DNA from: a virus
Lineage: Duplodnaviria; Heunggongvirae; Uroviricota; Caudoviricetes
Virus record (IMG/VR): IMGVR_UViG_3300027908_000001
Span: 87,167 to 151,166 of that record
Direction: 5' to 3' (one strand)
Length of the DNA stretch: 64,000 nucleotides
Each line of letters begins with the position of its first letter. The first letter of the stretch is position 1. Positions 35,115 through 45,400 of this stretch are shown here, piece after piece. The notes below the pieces were generated by a model, which did not search any database, had not been told where the DNA came from, and saw nothing but the letters and a program-made list of their open reading frames with translations. Position numbers and translations under genes: made by a program.

Positions 35115-36514
35115 ATCGTCATTCCTCTCGTTGGTTTAATTTCTGGAACATCCTTGGTCACGTTCTCGTTAGGAAATTCTGCATCGGGCACCGGTACATC
35201 GAGGAACTTGCATAGGTCGTTCCAACGATATTCAATGTCCTCGTCGGTGTTTACCACCAGCAAATCGTCAGGCCGGTCCTTGAAGTAATCCAGCACCTCG
35301 GCATTGTGTCGGCGATAACGCTCAAGGAATGTGAGCGCGTCAAAGTCGCGACGGCCGTAAATGATTCTGTGAATCTGGTGCGTAAACGGGTCCGAGTTCC
35401 ATGCCGACTTAAACGGGTTGGTCGGCGCGCTCCAATGCCGCTGTACGCTGCGGAGCCAATCGACTTCGTTGCGGACCGTCAGGATGAACTTCGAGCCCGG
35501 ATAGGCGATGTTCAGTTCGCGGAACAGCACCGGGATAGGCAGGTCGCACAGTGCATAAAACTTTTCCAGTGTCGGCGATTTGCCGCGTTCGGTCATCTCC
35601 CTCCAGATGGCCTTGGCCCAGTGCGCCGTTTCCCAGTGACCGCTGGAGAATCCCAAGAGCTTGAATGCTTCGTGAAGAGAAGTCGTGGCGGTCTTGTGCA
35701 TGCCGATGCCAAAGATGCGCGTGGGCACCGGCTTGAGCGAGGTGGACTCGGGAGAGAAATTCTTCCACACTGTGCCGCACCCGATACGGCCCTGATTGAC
35801 CACGGTCGCGTTCGGGTCCAGCCCGAACACTTCCTCGTAAGATACCAGCGCGGCATGCTTGTACTCGCGGAACCGCATCTTATCGTTGTGCATGACGGCG
35901 CGCAGATAGGAAGCGGGAATCTTGCGGCCGTCGACGCCCATGCGGCGTAACCGGGCGTTGAAATCCTTGTCGTCCGGTGAATGAGTTTCGTACTTCTCGT
36001 CGTACCCACCGGACTTAAGGAACGTATCCGCCGACACCACAATGCGTCCGCTGATGCCGCGCGGCAAACGGCCTTCGCCGTCCTTAATCATCTCGGCCCA
36101 GAGAAAGATTTCCTCCTTCGCCTGCATGAACTGTTCGGCGATGTAACGCGCGAACCCCGGTCCGGTAAAGTTGTCCGCATCGAGGTTCACGAGGATGTCC
36201 GCGCCTTCAAGGATGCCGCAACGATGAGCCATGTTCTTGGCGTGCGCCATGCGAAACGGACCGGGCTCGCGGTACTGGTAGAACGCGACCCTGCCTTCCG
36301 CCGATTCTTGAAAGAAATTTTCCTTCATGAATTCGGCAAGGTTGTCTGGAGAATTGTAATCCAGCACGACGAACACCGCGTTTGGATAATCGGCGTTATC
36401 GGCCAGATTCTTGGGCAGCGTAAGCTGGAGATGCGGAGTCCTCCCCTTGACGGTGGTGCAGAAAGCTATCCTCGGCACCTTGGAGCCAAGGGAGGTGAAC
36501 GGAACGGATGACAT
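35111..36514 (-). CDS. GT-A glycosyltransferase fused to a C-terminal sulfotransferase
   Basis: IAFCTT...VNLDADNF...GYDEKY...DDKDF; then IFGIGMHKTATTSL (5'-PSB loop) and KFILTVRN...WLRS (3'-PB). Confidence 0.88.
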   Translation of the reverse strand: MSSVPFTSLGSKVPRIAFCTTVKGRTPHLQLTLPKNLADNADYPNAVFVVLDYNSPDNLAEFMKENFFQESAEGRVAFYQYREPGPFRMAHAKNMAHRCGILEGADILVNLDADNFTGPGFARYIAEQFMQAKEEIFLWAEMIKDGEGRLPRGISGRIVVSADTFLKSGGYDEKYETHSPDDKDFNARLRRMGVDGRKIPASYLRAVMHNDKMRFREYKHAALVSYEEVFGLDPNATVVNQGRIGCGTVWKNFSPESTSLKPVPTRIFGIGMHKTATTSLHEAFKLLGFSSGHWETAHWAKAIWREMTERGKSPTLEKFYALCDLPIPVLFRELNIAYPGSKFILTVRNEVDWLRSVQRHWSAPTNPFKSAWNSDPFTHQIHRIIYGRRDFDALTFLERYRRHNAEVLDYFKDRPDDLLVVNTDEDIEYRWNDLCKFLDVPVPDAEFPNENVTKDVPEIKPTRGMTI

Positions 36515-36523
36515 GCCGCGCCC

Positions 36524-36552
36524 GCTATACGCCCTGCGAGCGCGAGAATCAA
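36524..36552 (-). promoter_or_regulatory. promoter sharing a 17-nt motif with 47215-47231
   Basis: TTGATT-N17-TATAGC; GCTCGCAGGGCGTATAG. Confidence 0.55.
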
Positions 36553-36968
36553 GCGGGAGTTGTGAGGCGGTAGGCGACCAGTATGAGGATGTAGAAGTGC
36601 GCCAGTTGGTCTAGGCCAATTACTAGCCAGCACTGGCGCGTATTGAAGTCGCCCGTAGACGGAAAATAACGGGCGATTGCGCCCTTGATGATGTCGATGG
36701 CCCAGTGGGTCAGCAGGATGAAAAGGCTGGCTTCAAATTGCAATAGGAATAAGTTCAATGCCCGGTCATTATCCGGAGGAACGATGAGCGGCCAGCATAT
36801 ACCCAATGTCATCAGACTACAAAATCCATGTATGGCGGCATGGGCGAAAATCGGGTGAATCGGCCAACCATTTTTCTTGGCGTCAATCATCCACGGCGTC
36901 AATAACGGCGTGAAGTCGCAGGCAATATGAACGGCGGCCAGAACCGCGAGGATGCCCCACCACGTCAT
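36549..36968 (-). CDS. DUF3307-family membrane protein
   Basis: AVHIACDF...AHAAIH...THWAIDIIK...GLDQLAH. Confidence 0.8.
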   Translation of the reverse strand: MTWWGILAVLAAVHIACDFTPLLTPWMIDAKKNGWPIHPIFAHAAIHGFCSLMTLGICWPLIVPPDNDRALNLFLLQFEASLFILLTHWAIDIIKGAIARYFPSTGDFNTRQCWLVIGLDQLAHFYILILVAYRLTTPA

Positions 36969-36970
36969 CG

Positions 36971-37288
36971 CTAGTGCGCCCCGTTCCCGTTGAGTTGCTT
37001 CGCGTAATGCTGCCGTAACGCCTGCGCCATCTCGACCGCACCCCAACACGCCGCGGCCTTCGGCAGGTTTCCGCTGTTCTTCGAGCGCCAACTGGTCCAT
37101 ACCCTAACCGAGAAGGTCGGCAAATCGAATTGCTGGCGTATTGGCAAATCGTTGATGGCCTTGGCGAACAGACGGTCGCTTAACCCGAGCCGCTTCTGGA
37201 TGCTCACGAGTTCGTTGACGAGAACCTCTGCCCGGCGTTGGTTGGCCCGCACGACGGACGGCGGCTGCTGATGATTGACTGTACTCAT
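36971..37288 (-). CDS. XRE/Cro-like helix-turn-helix regulator
   Basis: LVSIQKRLGLSDRLFAKAI...FSVRVWTSWRS; start at 37288, 7 nt after its own -10. Confidence 0.55.
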   Translation of the reverse strand: MSTVNHQQPPSVVRANQRRAEVLVNELVSIQKRLGLSDRLFAKAINDLPIRQQFDLPTFSVRVWTSWRSKNSGNLPKAAACWGAVEMAQALRQHYAKQLNGNGAH

Positions 37289-37295
37289 GCCAATC

Positions 37296-37324
37296 AGCCT
37301 AACGCGAATCGCGGTATCTGTCAA
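37296..37324 (-). promoter_or_regulatory. sigma70 promoter with operator, leaderless geometry
   Basis: TTGACA-N17-TAGGCT; ACGCGA-A-TCGCGG at 37302-37314. Confidence 0.8.
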
Positions 37325-37327
37325 GTT

Positions 37328-37699
37328 CTATTTGGCGGGCGGGACCGGCAGGGGTTTGAGTGTCACCGCCCAAGGGCCTTGAATCACGTCACCGGTCAGC
37401 GGTACCGGCATCTCGGTCACGATGCTGGCGGCATCGCCTGTGGCGAATTTCCGATAAACCACCGAGGTACCCAGCGGGGATAGACGAGTGGATGTTTGAC
37501 TGACCATGTTCGGAACGCCATTACTGAGCGGCACGGTCGTGTATTCGTGGCGGACAAGCCCCAGTCGGAAACTGTAGTTCTGATAGCCGATGTCCAGCCC
37601 GACAACTGTTGCCACATCGTTGACAATGGTCTTGTTGTTCACCGCGCAGCCCGAGAGGAGTAGGGCGGCGGAAACCGCTAAGGCGCTGATAATTCTCAT
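37328..37699 (-). CDS. lipoprotein
   Basis: MRIISALAVSAALLLSGC lipobox. Confidence 0.75.
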   Translation of the reverse strand: MRIISALAVSAALLLSGCAVNNKTIVNDVATVVGLDIGYQNYSFRLGLVRHEYTTVPLSNGVPNMVSQTSTRLSPLGTSVVYRKFATGDAASIVTEMPVPLTGDVIQGPWAVTLKPLPVPPAK

Positions 37700-40005
37700 G
37701 GCTTCACCCATAGACCGTTTTGCATCTGTTGCAGGTACACTTTCTCCAGCAATACATCCGTGAGTCCGGACCGCCGGGCCATGGGATTCCGGTCGCTATA
37801 CTCCGCCCGGGCTTGCGCGTACATTTGCCGGGTGAACGCGGCGGACGGACTGCCAGAATCTGAGAAGCGCGTGTTGCCGTTGTTCCAGTTCCAGTTGTGG
37901 GTTTGAATGACGGCGTCACTCGTGGAGTTCAACACAGGCCAGTTGTTGCCCGGCGATAGGAACGTGCAGCAACCGTCAACCAGCATGGAGCCGGAGGTAG
38001 ACCCGCCCACCCTGTACCAGTCGATGATGTAATTAGCCAGTCCCAATAAGAACGCGCCATTGAAGTTGACCACCGAAAACGCGTTCGATGTGGCCCGTGA
38101 AAAATTTGCGCCGGACGCGCCAATGTTCTCATGAAGTACGGACGCCAGATATGTCACGGTGCCGTTGCCGGACAACTGGAGAATCCGGTTGCCCGTGGTG
38201 TTCCCCGCTTCGTTGTAGATGGCCTCGCCGTAAAACTGGCCGCCATTCGTACACATCAAGCTCAGGACATTCACGCCGTTGTCCGTGTCAATCATCCGCA
38301 CCTTGCCATGGCCTTCCAGCAATACGTTGACGCCAGTGGTGTCATAGATAAGATTGCCAGCCACATCCACGGTCGTATTTGGGCATTCTCCCAAACGAAT
38401 ATTGGAAGCAGTGGACAAATTGATGTAGTTGTCTTGCACGTAAACCCGAGCGGCGGACGCGCCCACCCCCGTTACTGCTATCATGGCCCCGGCGGAATTA
38501 CCTCCCGCAAGTTGAACCTGAGAGAAGGTCACATGCGACGGGGCCGGGCAGGAGAACATCGTTCCCCCTGAAGAACCGTTCCAAGAAAACTTGGACATGA
38601 AACCGTCACCGACAATCCGCACATCCAAATTCGCTGGCATGCTTATGGTGGAACCAATGTTCCATTGGCCGCCGCTCGATGACCACGGGATATGCACAAT
38701 TGCACCATTCGCGGCGCTATTGATTGTGGATTGTAAAGACTGCGCGTTCAAATTGGAAACCGGCATGTCCAGCACAGTGCGATTGAGATTGGTGGCCTCG
38801 GGCGGAATCGCCGGTGAAGCGAACACTAAAGAACTGCGCGCGACCACGTAGTTGTCCACCAAATTTGTTTTCAAGCCGCTTCCCGCCGAAATCCAGCCGG
38901 TCGTGCAATTCGTGTTGCCGATGGCGGTCAGGTCAATCTGAAGCGAGTTGCCCGCGATTACAGAAGCGCCACTTGCGCACGCAATGATATTATCGAGCAT
39001 TACCAATGGACCCGGTTGTCCCATGACGACCGGCGTTTTAGCGTCAATGATGGTATTGCCCTTAATCAAGGTCGGCGTAATGTTCGCCCCTTGATTGGCC
39101 GTCTGGTAGAAAGTACCCGCACGCACGCTGATGTTGCTCACCAGTGACACGTAGGAGGCGGCAGGTGACATATAGAAGTCCGTCTGGTCGTCCACCAGTA
39201 CGCTGTGATATAAATGAGCGTTACCCGTTTGAACGTACACGCCCGTCTGGCAATTGGTAAAAAGACAGTCGCGCAACCACGCATCCAGCGCGTTGTAGTT
39301 CCAAGTCTGCAAGCCAACGCTCAATCCTATGAACTGGCAACGAGTAAACCCTTCATTGGAAAATCCTGCGCCATAGAAGCCGCCGTCGACCCCGTGCCCG
39401 CCGGACGCTCCGTTTTTAAAGACCAAATCCTCAAACGTGTTCGCGTTGTCGAAGTAGGTATAGCCGCTGTTTTCACTGCAACTCAATAATGTTTTTGACT
39501 TACCGTTACCGTCCAGCGTTAGTCGGGCCAGCACAATCTGTTGGACTGAATCCAAGTGCAGAACCGTCGAACCATCGGAATAAGCTGTACCGGTAGCACC
39601 ATCGTACTTGAGCGTCGTATCGCTGGAACTATGGCCTAATATCTCAACCATCTGCCGATTATGCAGGTAGAGTTTGGCGGTAACGCGGTAGGTGCCGGGC
39701 GGGAAGTACAATACCGGTGAAGCCGAGCCTAGCCCCACGCTGGCGAGCGCCTTGTTAATGGCCGCCGTATCATCCGTCACTCCGTCCCCAACGGCCCCAT
39801 AGGTCGTTTTTACGTTCGACCAGCTATTGAATGGACCGTACCATTCATTGAATGCCGTATTCATCGGTGGTGTCGGAGGCGCGGGCGCGGCCAGCGTTGT
39901 GACACCTGTCATATTTGATGGCGGCGACGTAACCGCCTGCGCCTTGTAACCCGAGAGCGCTAGGAGTGTAGAAAGCGCCAATATCCAAAAACGAGATTTC
40001 ATCAT
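37696..40005 (-). CDS. secreted right-handed beta-helix glycosidase/lyase-like protein (Pectate_lyase_3 / GH55-like)
   Basis: Signal peptide ...YKAQA; NVKTTYGAVGDGVTDDTAAINKAL, LYFPPGTY; second beta-helix module. Confidence 0.85.
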   Translation of the reverse strand: MMKSRFWILALSTLLALSGYKAQAVTSPPSNMTGVTTLAAPAPPTPPMNTAFNEWYGPFNSWSNVKTTYGAVGDGVTDDTAAINKALASVGLGSASPVLYFPPGTYRVTAKLYLHNRQMVEILGHSSSDTTLKYDGATGTAYSDGSTVLHLDSVQQIVLARLTLDGNGKSKTLLSCSENSGYTYFDNANTFEDLVFKNGASGGHGVDGGFYGAGFSNEGFTRCQFIGLSVGLQTWNYNALDAWLRDCLFTNCQTGVYVQTGNAHLYHSVLVDDQTDFYMSPAASYVSLVSNISVRAGTFYQTANQGANITPTLIKGNTIIDAKTPVVMGQPGPLVMLDNIIACASGASVIAGNSLQIDLTAIGNTNCTTGWISAGSGLKTNLVDNYVVARSSLVFASPAIPPEATNLNRTVLDMPVSNLNAQSLQSTINSAANGAIVHIPWSSSGGQWNIGSTISMPANLDVRIVGDGFMSKFSWNGSSGGTMFSCPAPSHVTFSQVQLAGGNSAGAMIAVTGVGASAARVYVQDNYINLSTASNIRLGECPNTTVDVAGNLIYDTTGVNVLLEGHGKVRMIDTDNGVNVLSLMCTNGGQFYGEAIYNEAGNTTGNRILQLSGNGTVTYLASVLHENIGASGANFSRATSNAFSVVNFNGAFLLGLANYIIDWYRVGGSTSGSMLVDGCCTFLSPGNNWPVLNSTSDAVIQTHNWNWNNGNTRFSDSGSPSAAFTRQMYAQARAEYSDRNPMARRSGLTDVLLEKVYLQQMQNGLWVKP

Positions 40006-41033
40006 TGTGTCAATCCTATGGTGTTGACCGCAGCATAATTGGTCTGTGACGTGAATGTCACCTGAATTACACCGTTAGAGGGTACTACCACCGAATAATC
40101 AAGCTCGATACCCTTCAGCGGCCCTCCTGCGCGCAGCACAAGGTCAATCCCGCTATCAACGGTGACTCCATTAACGGCGATACTGAAAACCCGTTGGCCT
40201 TTGATTGTCCAGTAAATCTCCGCTGCAATCACGCGGAGCGTGAGCGTTGAGCCGGGCGGCAAATTCGTGAATGTGTACCCGGCAGGGCCGGTATTAAATA
40301 CCCGCTGCGTCTGCCAGACACCGGTTGGCGGCGGGTTGGTCATGAGCGAGGTGTTCACCACCACCGCTGTACCGGCGGAATTGGCAGTCTCCTTGTCCGC
40401 ATTGCCTCCGTTGAAGTCCATGTCGGCTACGTAAGGCGCGAAGCTGACCGCGCTGCCGGAGGCGATGAAGATGTTTGTGAACAGTATCGGCGGCGAGTTG
40501 GAGGTAGCCGCAGGCGTCCATGAAAAAGGCGTCTGCGCGTCGGAGAAATAACTATAGGCCGTGCTCGCTTGAACCGTGCTATCTGTAAATATCGTATTGG
40601 GATATAGCGCAAACGCAATCGGAAGGCCGGGCCATTTGTCCTGTCGATAGAGTTCGGCGAAGGCGTAGTTGGTGCTGGCCCATGTAAATCCGAGGACGAC
40701 GTTCGGTGAAGTCACGCTTATCGCTGTAAGATTTATCGGACCGGGCGGGCACCCGTTCGAGGAACATTGCGGACAAACATTGGTCGGCGGGCACGTCGGG
40801 CAAGTAGGACAGGTCGGGCAGTTTGCTGATGGTACATCCACCACGATGGATGCCATGCCGGTTACCGAGGCTCCCGGCCAAGGAACACCAAGCAAGGTGA
40901 ACGGTTGAGCCGTATAGACCACTGGCACTGAATAAGAAGCATTGCTGGTAATCGTCAGTGATTGAGGTGTCTGCGCCAGACCGGAGTGAACCACCAGTAG
41001 TAGCGCACCGATTAGAAGCCAAATATTTTTCAT
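40002..41033 (-). CDS. secreted malectin-domain protein
   Basis: Signal peptide MKNIWLLIGALLLVVHSGLAQ; CPTCP linker; AEIYW...GQRVFSIAVNG...IDL malectin motif. Confidence 0.8.
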   Translation of the reverse strand: MKNIWLLIGALLLVVHSGLAQTPQSLTITSNASYSVPVVYTAQPFTLLGVPWPGASVTGMASIVVDVPSANCPTCPTCPTCPPTNVCPQCSSNGCPPGPINLTAISVTSPNVVLGFTWASTNYAFAELYRQDKWPGLPIAFALYPNTIFTDSTVQASTAYSYFSDAQTPFSWTPAATSNSPPILFTNIFIASGSAVSFAPYVADMDFNGGNADKETANSAGTAVVVNTSLMTNPPPTGVWQTQRVFNTGPAGYTFTNLPPGSTLTLRVIAAEIYWTIKGQRVFSIAVNGVTVDSGIDLVLRAGGPLKGIELDYSVVVPSNGVIQVTFTSQTNYAAVNTIGLTQ

Positions 41034-41047
41034 GATAGAATTCTCCT

Positions 41048-41434
41048 TCATTGCGAAATCCCTTCTTCCGCGGCAACCGTGACGTTGCCGGTGCTCCAGA
41101 AATAGACCTCATTGCAATCCGTGCCGTACCACACGCCATTGGCTATGGTCGGAGGTTGAATGGCATATTTCGCGCCTTTGATGAGCAGTTCGCCATTACT
41201 CGTGGTTGACGAGATTCGCGAGACCCAGCCATCGCTCGGCCCGTTGTTTACAATGAACCCGGTCAACCGCAGCATCCCGCACCGATTGCTCATGACCAAC
41301 GTGCTGCTATTGGATGAAACGAGGGTGCTGTACTGCGCGTGCGGTTCGATGGTGCTTTCGCCGCGCCCGAATGCAATGAGCGCGAAGCCAGTGGCGGCCA
41401 GCGCTATGGTTAAGATGATTCCATATTTTTTCAT
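41048..41434 (-). CDS. secreted/anchored beta-rich protein
   Basis: MKKYGIILTIALAATGFALIAFG; SD AGGAG. Confidence 0.7.
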   Translation of the reverse strand: MKKYGIILTIALAATGFALIAFGRGESTIEPHAQYSTLVSSNSSTLVMSNRCGMLRLTGFIVNNGPSDGWVSRISSTTSNGELLIKGAKYAIQPPTIANGVWYGTDCNEVYFWSTGNVTVAAEEGISQ

Positions 41435-41451
41435 GTGTGATTCTCTCCTGT

Positions 41452-42438
41452 TTACCGCGACCGATTGAGGGCGTTGATTGTTGCAAAAAGCGCGAGGCCG
41501 TTCGGCGCGAATTGGTCGTTTACCCAGTCCCAGTAGGTCATAGGTCCGGGAGCCATGATGCCGACCGGCGCGAGACCCCAAACGCCGTTTTTCTGCGCGA
41601 CAACGACAAAGGCGATGGCGTTACTGACCGAGCCGATACCAACCTCGTTAATCATCATCGGCTTGTTGCCTGCAAACTTCTTCATGCCCTGACAATCGGT
41701 GGCCAGCGTCCGTAATCCTGCTGCCGTGGTATCAAACGGCGACATGAACATGGGATTCATTCGGTAATCGTGCCAAGTGATGGCGTCAAGCGCCTTGAAA
41801 CCACCGGCCTGTTGAAAGGCAGCGTTCCACGCCGCATCCTCCGCGCTGGTGTTGGACGGACCGGCAATCAGGATATTCGGCTGAACGCCGCGCGCGGCCA
41901 CACGGCTGGCGATTATCAGCTTGGCCGAGAACTGCGCGTTCTGCGTGGCGTTGGTACAGGATGGAATCCAGTTGCACCCACCATCCGGCTCATTGACAGG
42001 CTCTACCCACCTGAATACACCGGGATACCGAGCCAGTATTGCCTTGATAAAGTTCGTCTCGCCACCGATGAAGGCCGCTTGCGAGTTGGTGTAGGACTCA
42101 GGCGCTTGCAACGGCGCAACGCAGATGCAGAGCATGTTGGCTGGCTGCACTGGCTGCGGATTCGGGAAGTTGATACTGGCCCAGTTGGACACCGTGCAAG
42201 CCCACATCTGTTTATCCAGAGCGCGGAAATCATACATGCCGCGATTCGTTTCGATGCTGGCCCAACAGACCTGCAACCGCCACCATGTTGGATTGACAGC
42301 ATTCGGTCCGAACAGCCGATGAAATTCCGACGAGTCTGTGCCGGTAGGCGCTTCGCAGCCGGGCGCAACGGTCTGCGCTATACAAAATGAAGCCAGCAAT
42401 GTTCCAACCAGACAAAATATGGTTAGCAGTTTTTTCAT
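41452..42438 (-). CDS. secreted clan GH-A glycoside hydrolase (GH39/GH5-like)
   Basis: Signal peptide; WASIETNRGMYDF, VNEP (acid/base), DAITWHDY, MINEVG (nucleophile). Confidence 0.85.
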   Translation of the reverse strand: MKKLLTIFCLVGTLLASFCIAQTVAPGCEAPTGTDSSEFHRLFGPNAVNPTWWRLQVCWASIETNRGMYDFRALDKQMWACTVSNWASINFPNPQPVQPANMLCICVAPLQAPESYTNSQAAFIGGETNFIKAILARYPGVFRWVEPVNEPDGGCNWIPSCTNATQNAQFSAKLIIASRVAARGVQPNILIAGPSNTSAEDAAWNAAFQQAGGFKALDAITWHDYRMNPMFMSPFDTTAAGLRTLATDCQGMKKFAGNKPMMINEVGIGSVSNAIAFVVVAQKNGVWGLAPVGIMAPGPMTYWDWVNDQFAPNGLALFATINALNRSR

Positions 42439-45400
42439 TGAGCAAAGTAGTCCATCGCGAACCAAGTGTCGTTGGTTATAAGCGTGTATTGGGAATCACC
42501 TCCACTCGCTAAATGGTATGTTCCAGAAGTATCAAGTAGTATGCCCAACTCGGACACGGTGTTAGCGGGCAGGTAAAACACTTTTGGCGGAGGCGATATG
42601 ATGCCAATCGCTGTTCCATTGGCAAGGATGGCGTTACCTCCTAGACCAATCCAGCTAGTGCCGTTATTTGTGGAGAAGGCTAAAAATCCGTTCAGGTTCT
42701 GGCCACAGCAATTGGAAACGCAGGCACTGCCGGTGACTGAGTACGCCCCGCTGACCAGATTCGTAATCTTTCCCGCTACAATATCGGGCTTGAAGTAAAC
42801 GGTGCTTGAATTGGTGTCCACAAGATTGTAGGTAATAACGTTTGGCGGGCTGTAAGCAGTCAGCGTGCCGCTGTTCGCATTACGAGAGATGCTGATTCGT
42901 TGCGGCGGGTGCAGCATCGAAGTCTGGAGCGTCGATATCGTCCCGACAAGGTTCCCAAGGGAGTTTGTGTAGCCGTCGTAAAGAACATTTACGGAAGTGG
43001 CGACGAGTGTCCCGGTTGGATTTTGGGTGTAGTCCCCCCCCTGAACGGTGATGTTGGTGCTTCCTTCGATGTCCAATCCAATGGCGCAATTGACTGCGCT
43101 ATTGGCACCAAATACTACGTTGGTACTGTAATTACCGTGTATTAAGAATCCTCCTGAACCTGAATTGGTGCAATTACGCGCTGAATTCCCAAGCACAGAT
43201 AGACCAACCGAACACACTTGTGAATGCGTGTAATTCAAGTAGAGTCCGTACACAAACCCGTCAAAAGTGTTGCCTTCAATCACTCCACCGACCGTGCGGC
43301 CTTCGTCGTCAAGGCCACCATCGAGCCCAAGTCCGGGAGGTGTCTTTTTTGAAAACTCGCAGTTGGCCACGATGAAACCTTTAAGGGGCAGCCCGACTGG
43401 ACTTCCCGTAGGGTCGCCGCCCAGAATTGTCAGGTGCGCCTCATGGGAGGCATTCGTGCGTGTTGTGTTGTGGAATTTATCATTGATAAAAACCCAATCG
43501 CCAATGTATTCGTTGGTCACGTTTGCCAGAGAGAATCCAAGCGGACCAACATCGAATATGTTATCATCGAATGTTGTGCCCGTCACCCACTCGTGATTGA
43601 GCGAGTAATCGTTTCCGTAGTATAAATACAACTCTATGCCATATCCGAAAACGTTGGAAATAACACAATCCTTTACGTTGACGTAAGGCTCGACAACCAG
43701 AATCGCAGCTTGGTTATTTCCCCCCACATAACCGCCAGCTTTTACATTGCCCATGCCTAGTATTTTCACCTTCTCAAAGGTAAGGCCACTGCCGGTGTAG
43801 TGTGTGTCGGTGCATGAGTTTCCATAATCCAAATCGGCCCATTCTGCGCCGCCGGACATGGCCTGAATCGTCGTGTCATGAATACGGTTGTTGCCGATGG
43901 GGCCATCCAACACGAAGGCGTATTGGTTCAACGTGGCATCATTGGTTTCTTGGCCGGTTCCGGTGATGACGCCCCCACCAAAATCCAAGTTGCCGCTGGC
44001 CCAAAAGATGCAAGGAGGGTTAATTTCAAATCCGGTGTTCACCTGACCTGCCAGATTGGTTTGCGGCGCTTGCAAGTAAGCCCCGTTCTCAAAAACCCAA
44101 CGAACGCCGTTGGAGCACGCCCGGATGTCGTCAATGACGGAGTTACATCCGGTATTGGTTGCCGACCGCAAGGAATAGTAACCGTTCGGGAAGTAGGCCA
44201 CGGAGAGCAGGTTGGATTTGGACGCGTTGGCGATGTCTATGGTCATCGCTCGCAACGCCACCGCCGCATCGGGATTCGTCGTTCCATCCGCGCCGTAATC
44301 GCGAATATTGAATACTTTGTACGCATTCGTATTCAGGGCGTAGAGCGAACCGGGTAAACCATTCAAGCTTCCAGCGTTGGCCGCGAAGTTGGCTGTGCCC
44401 ACCGACATTCCGCCGTATGTCGCTGCCGCTCCAGAGCCATTGAGTGAGCCAGCGGTGGTAGCGAATGTCGCTGTAGTAGCATTGCCAACCGTCATATTCG
44501 GGTTCGTGGAGTTCGTCGTCGCAAGGTTGTTCGTTGGTGCGAAATTTCCCGTAGCGGTCGCGTTTACAAGAACCACGTTGGTCAGCCCGGCACCGGCCAC
44601 CACCTGCGATGCAATATTCGCCTGACCGGGCTGCAGAGCAGAGTTCCAAGTATTAGACGATGAATTGACTGCGATTATGATTGGTTGAACCTGTGCCAAT
44701 GGAACCGGAGAATTTGTCGCAACAGCAATCGGCACATTACTTTGAATTAAATTCTGCCAATCCCAATCCGCAATAAGCGGAAGTGTTTCCGTAATCCACA
44801 TTGTATTATTGTTGGCATTATACTCGATGCCAAACGCCGGATTCCCATTGGCCTTTAGGAACGACAACGAACCAAAATTGCCTATCGCGATATTTGTGGT
44901 TCCTAGAATTGAAGTGAAAGAGCCATTGTTGGCATTAATTGTTCCGGTAGAAGTTACGTTATTGGAAAATATCACCGCAGAAGATTGTCCATTGCTTAAT
45001 ACTTGGTTGGCAGCGTTGTTGCTCGCAATAATGCCGTTTACATCGTTCGTTAAAAATGGATATGGTAACGCCGCATTGGCCGTGCTCTGAGCGGTTGCGG
45101 TAGCCGTCGCCAGCGTATTACTAGTGCTGGTTAATTGTGTTTGGTCTGGGAGTCCGTTTGTGACGGCCATCGCTCCAATTCTCAAAGACGCATTTGTCCC
45201 ATTGAGCCAAGAAATCACATCCGCGTGAATGGCATTATTTGTCGCATTCAGTGCAGCAATTATCAATGCGTTGGTGGCATTTATCCACCCGCCGATATCC
45301 GAGCGAATGCTTGTATTGGTCAGATTCAGCCAGCTTTGCACGTCGCTACGGATGGAAGCATTGGTGCCATTGAGTGCAGCGATGGCCGAGGCAAACACGG

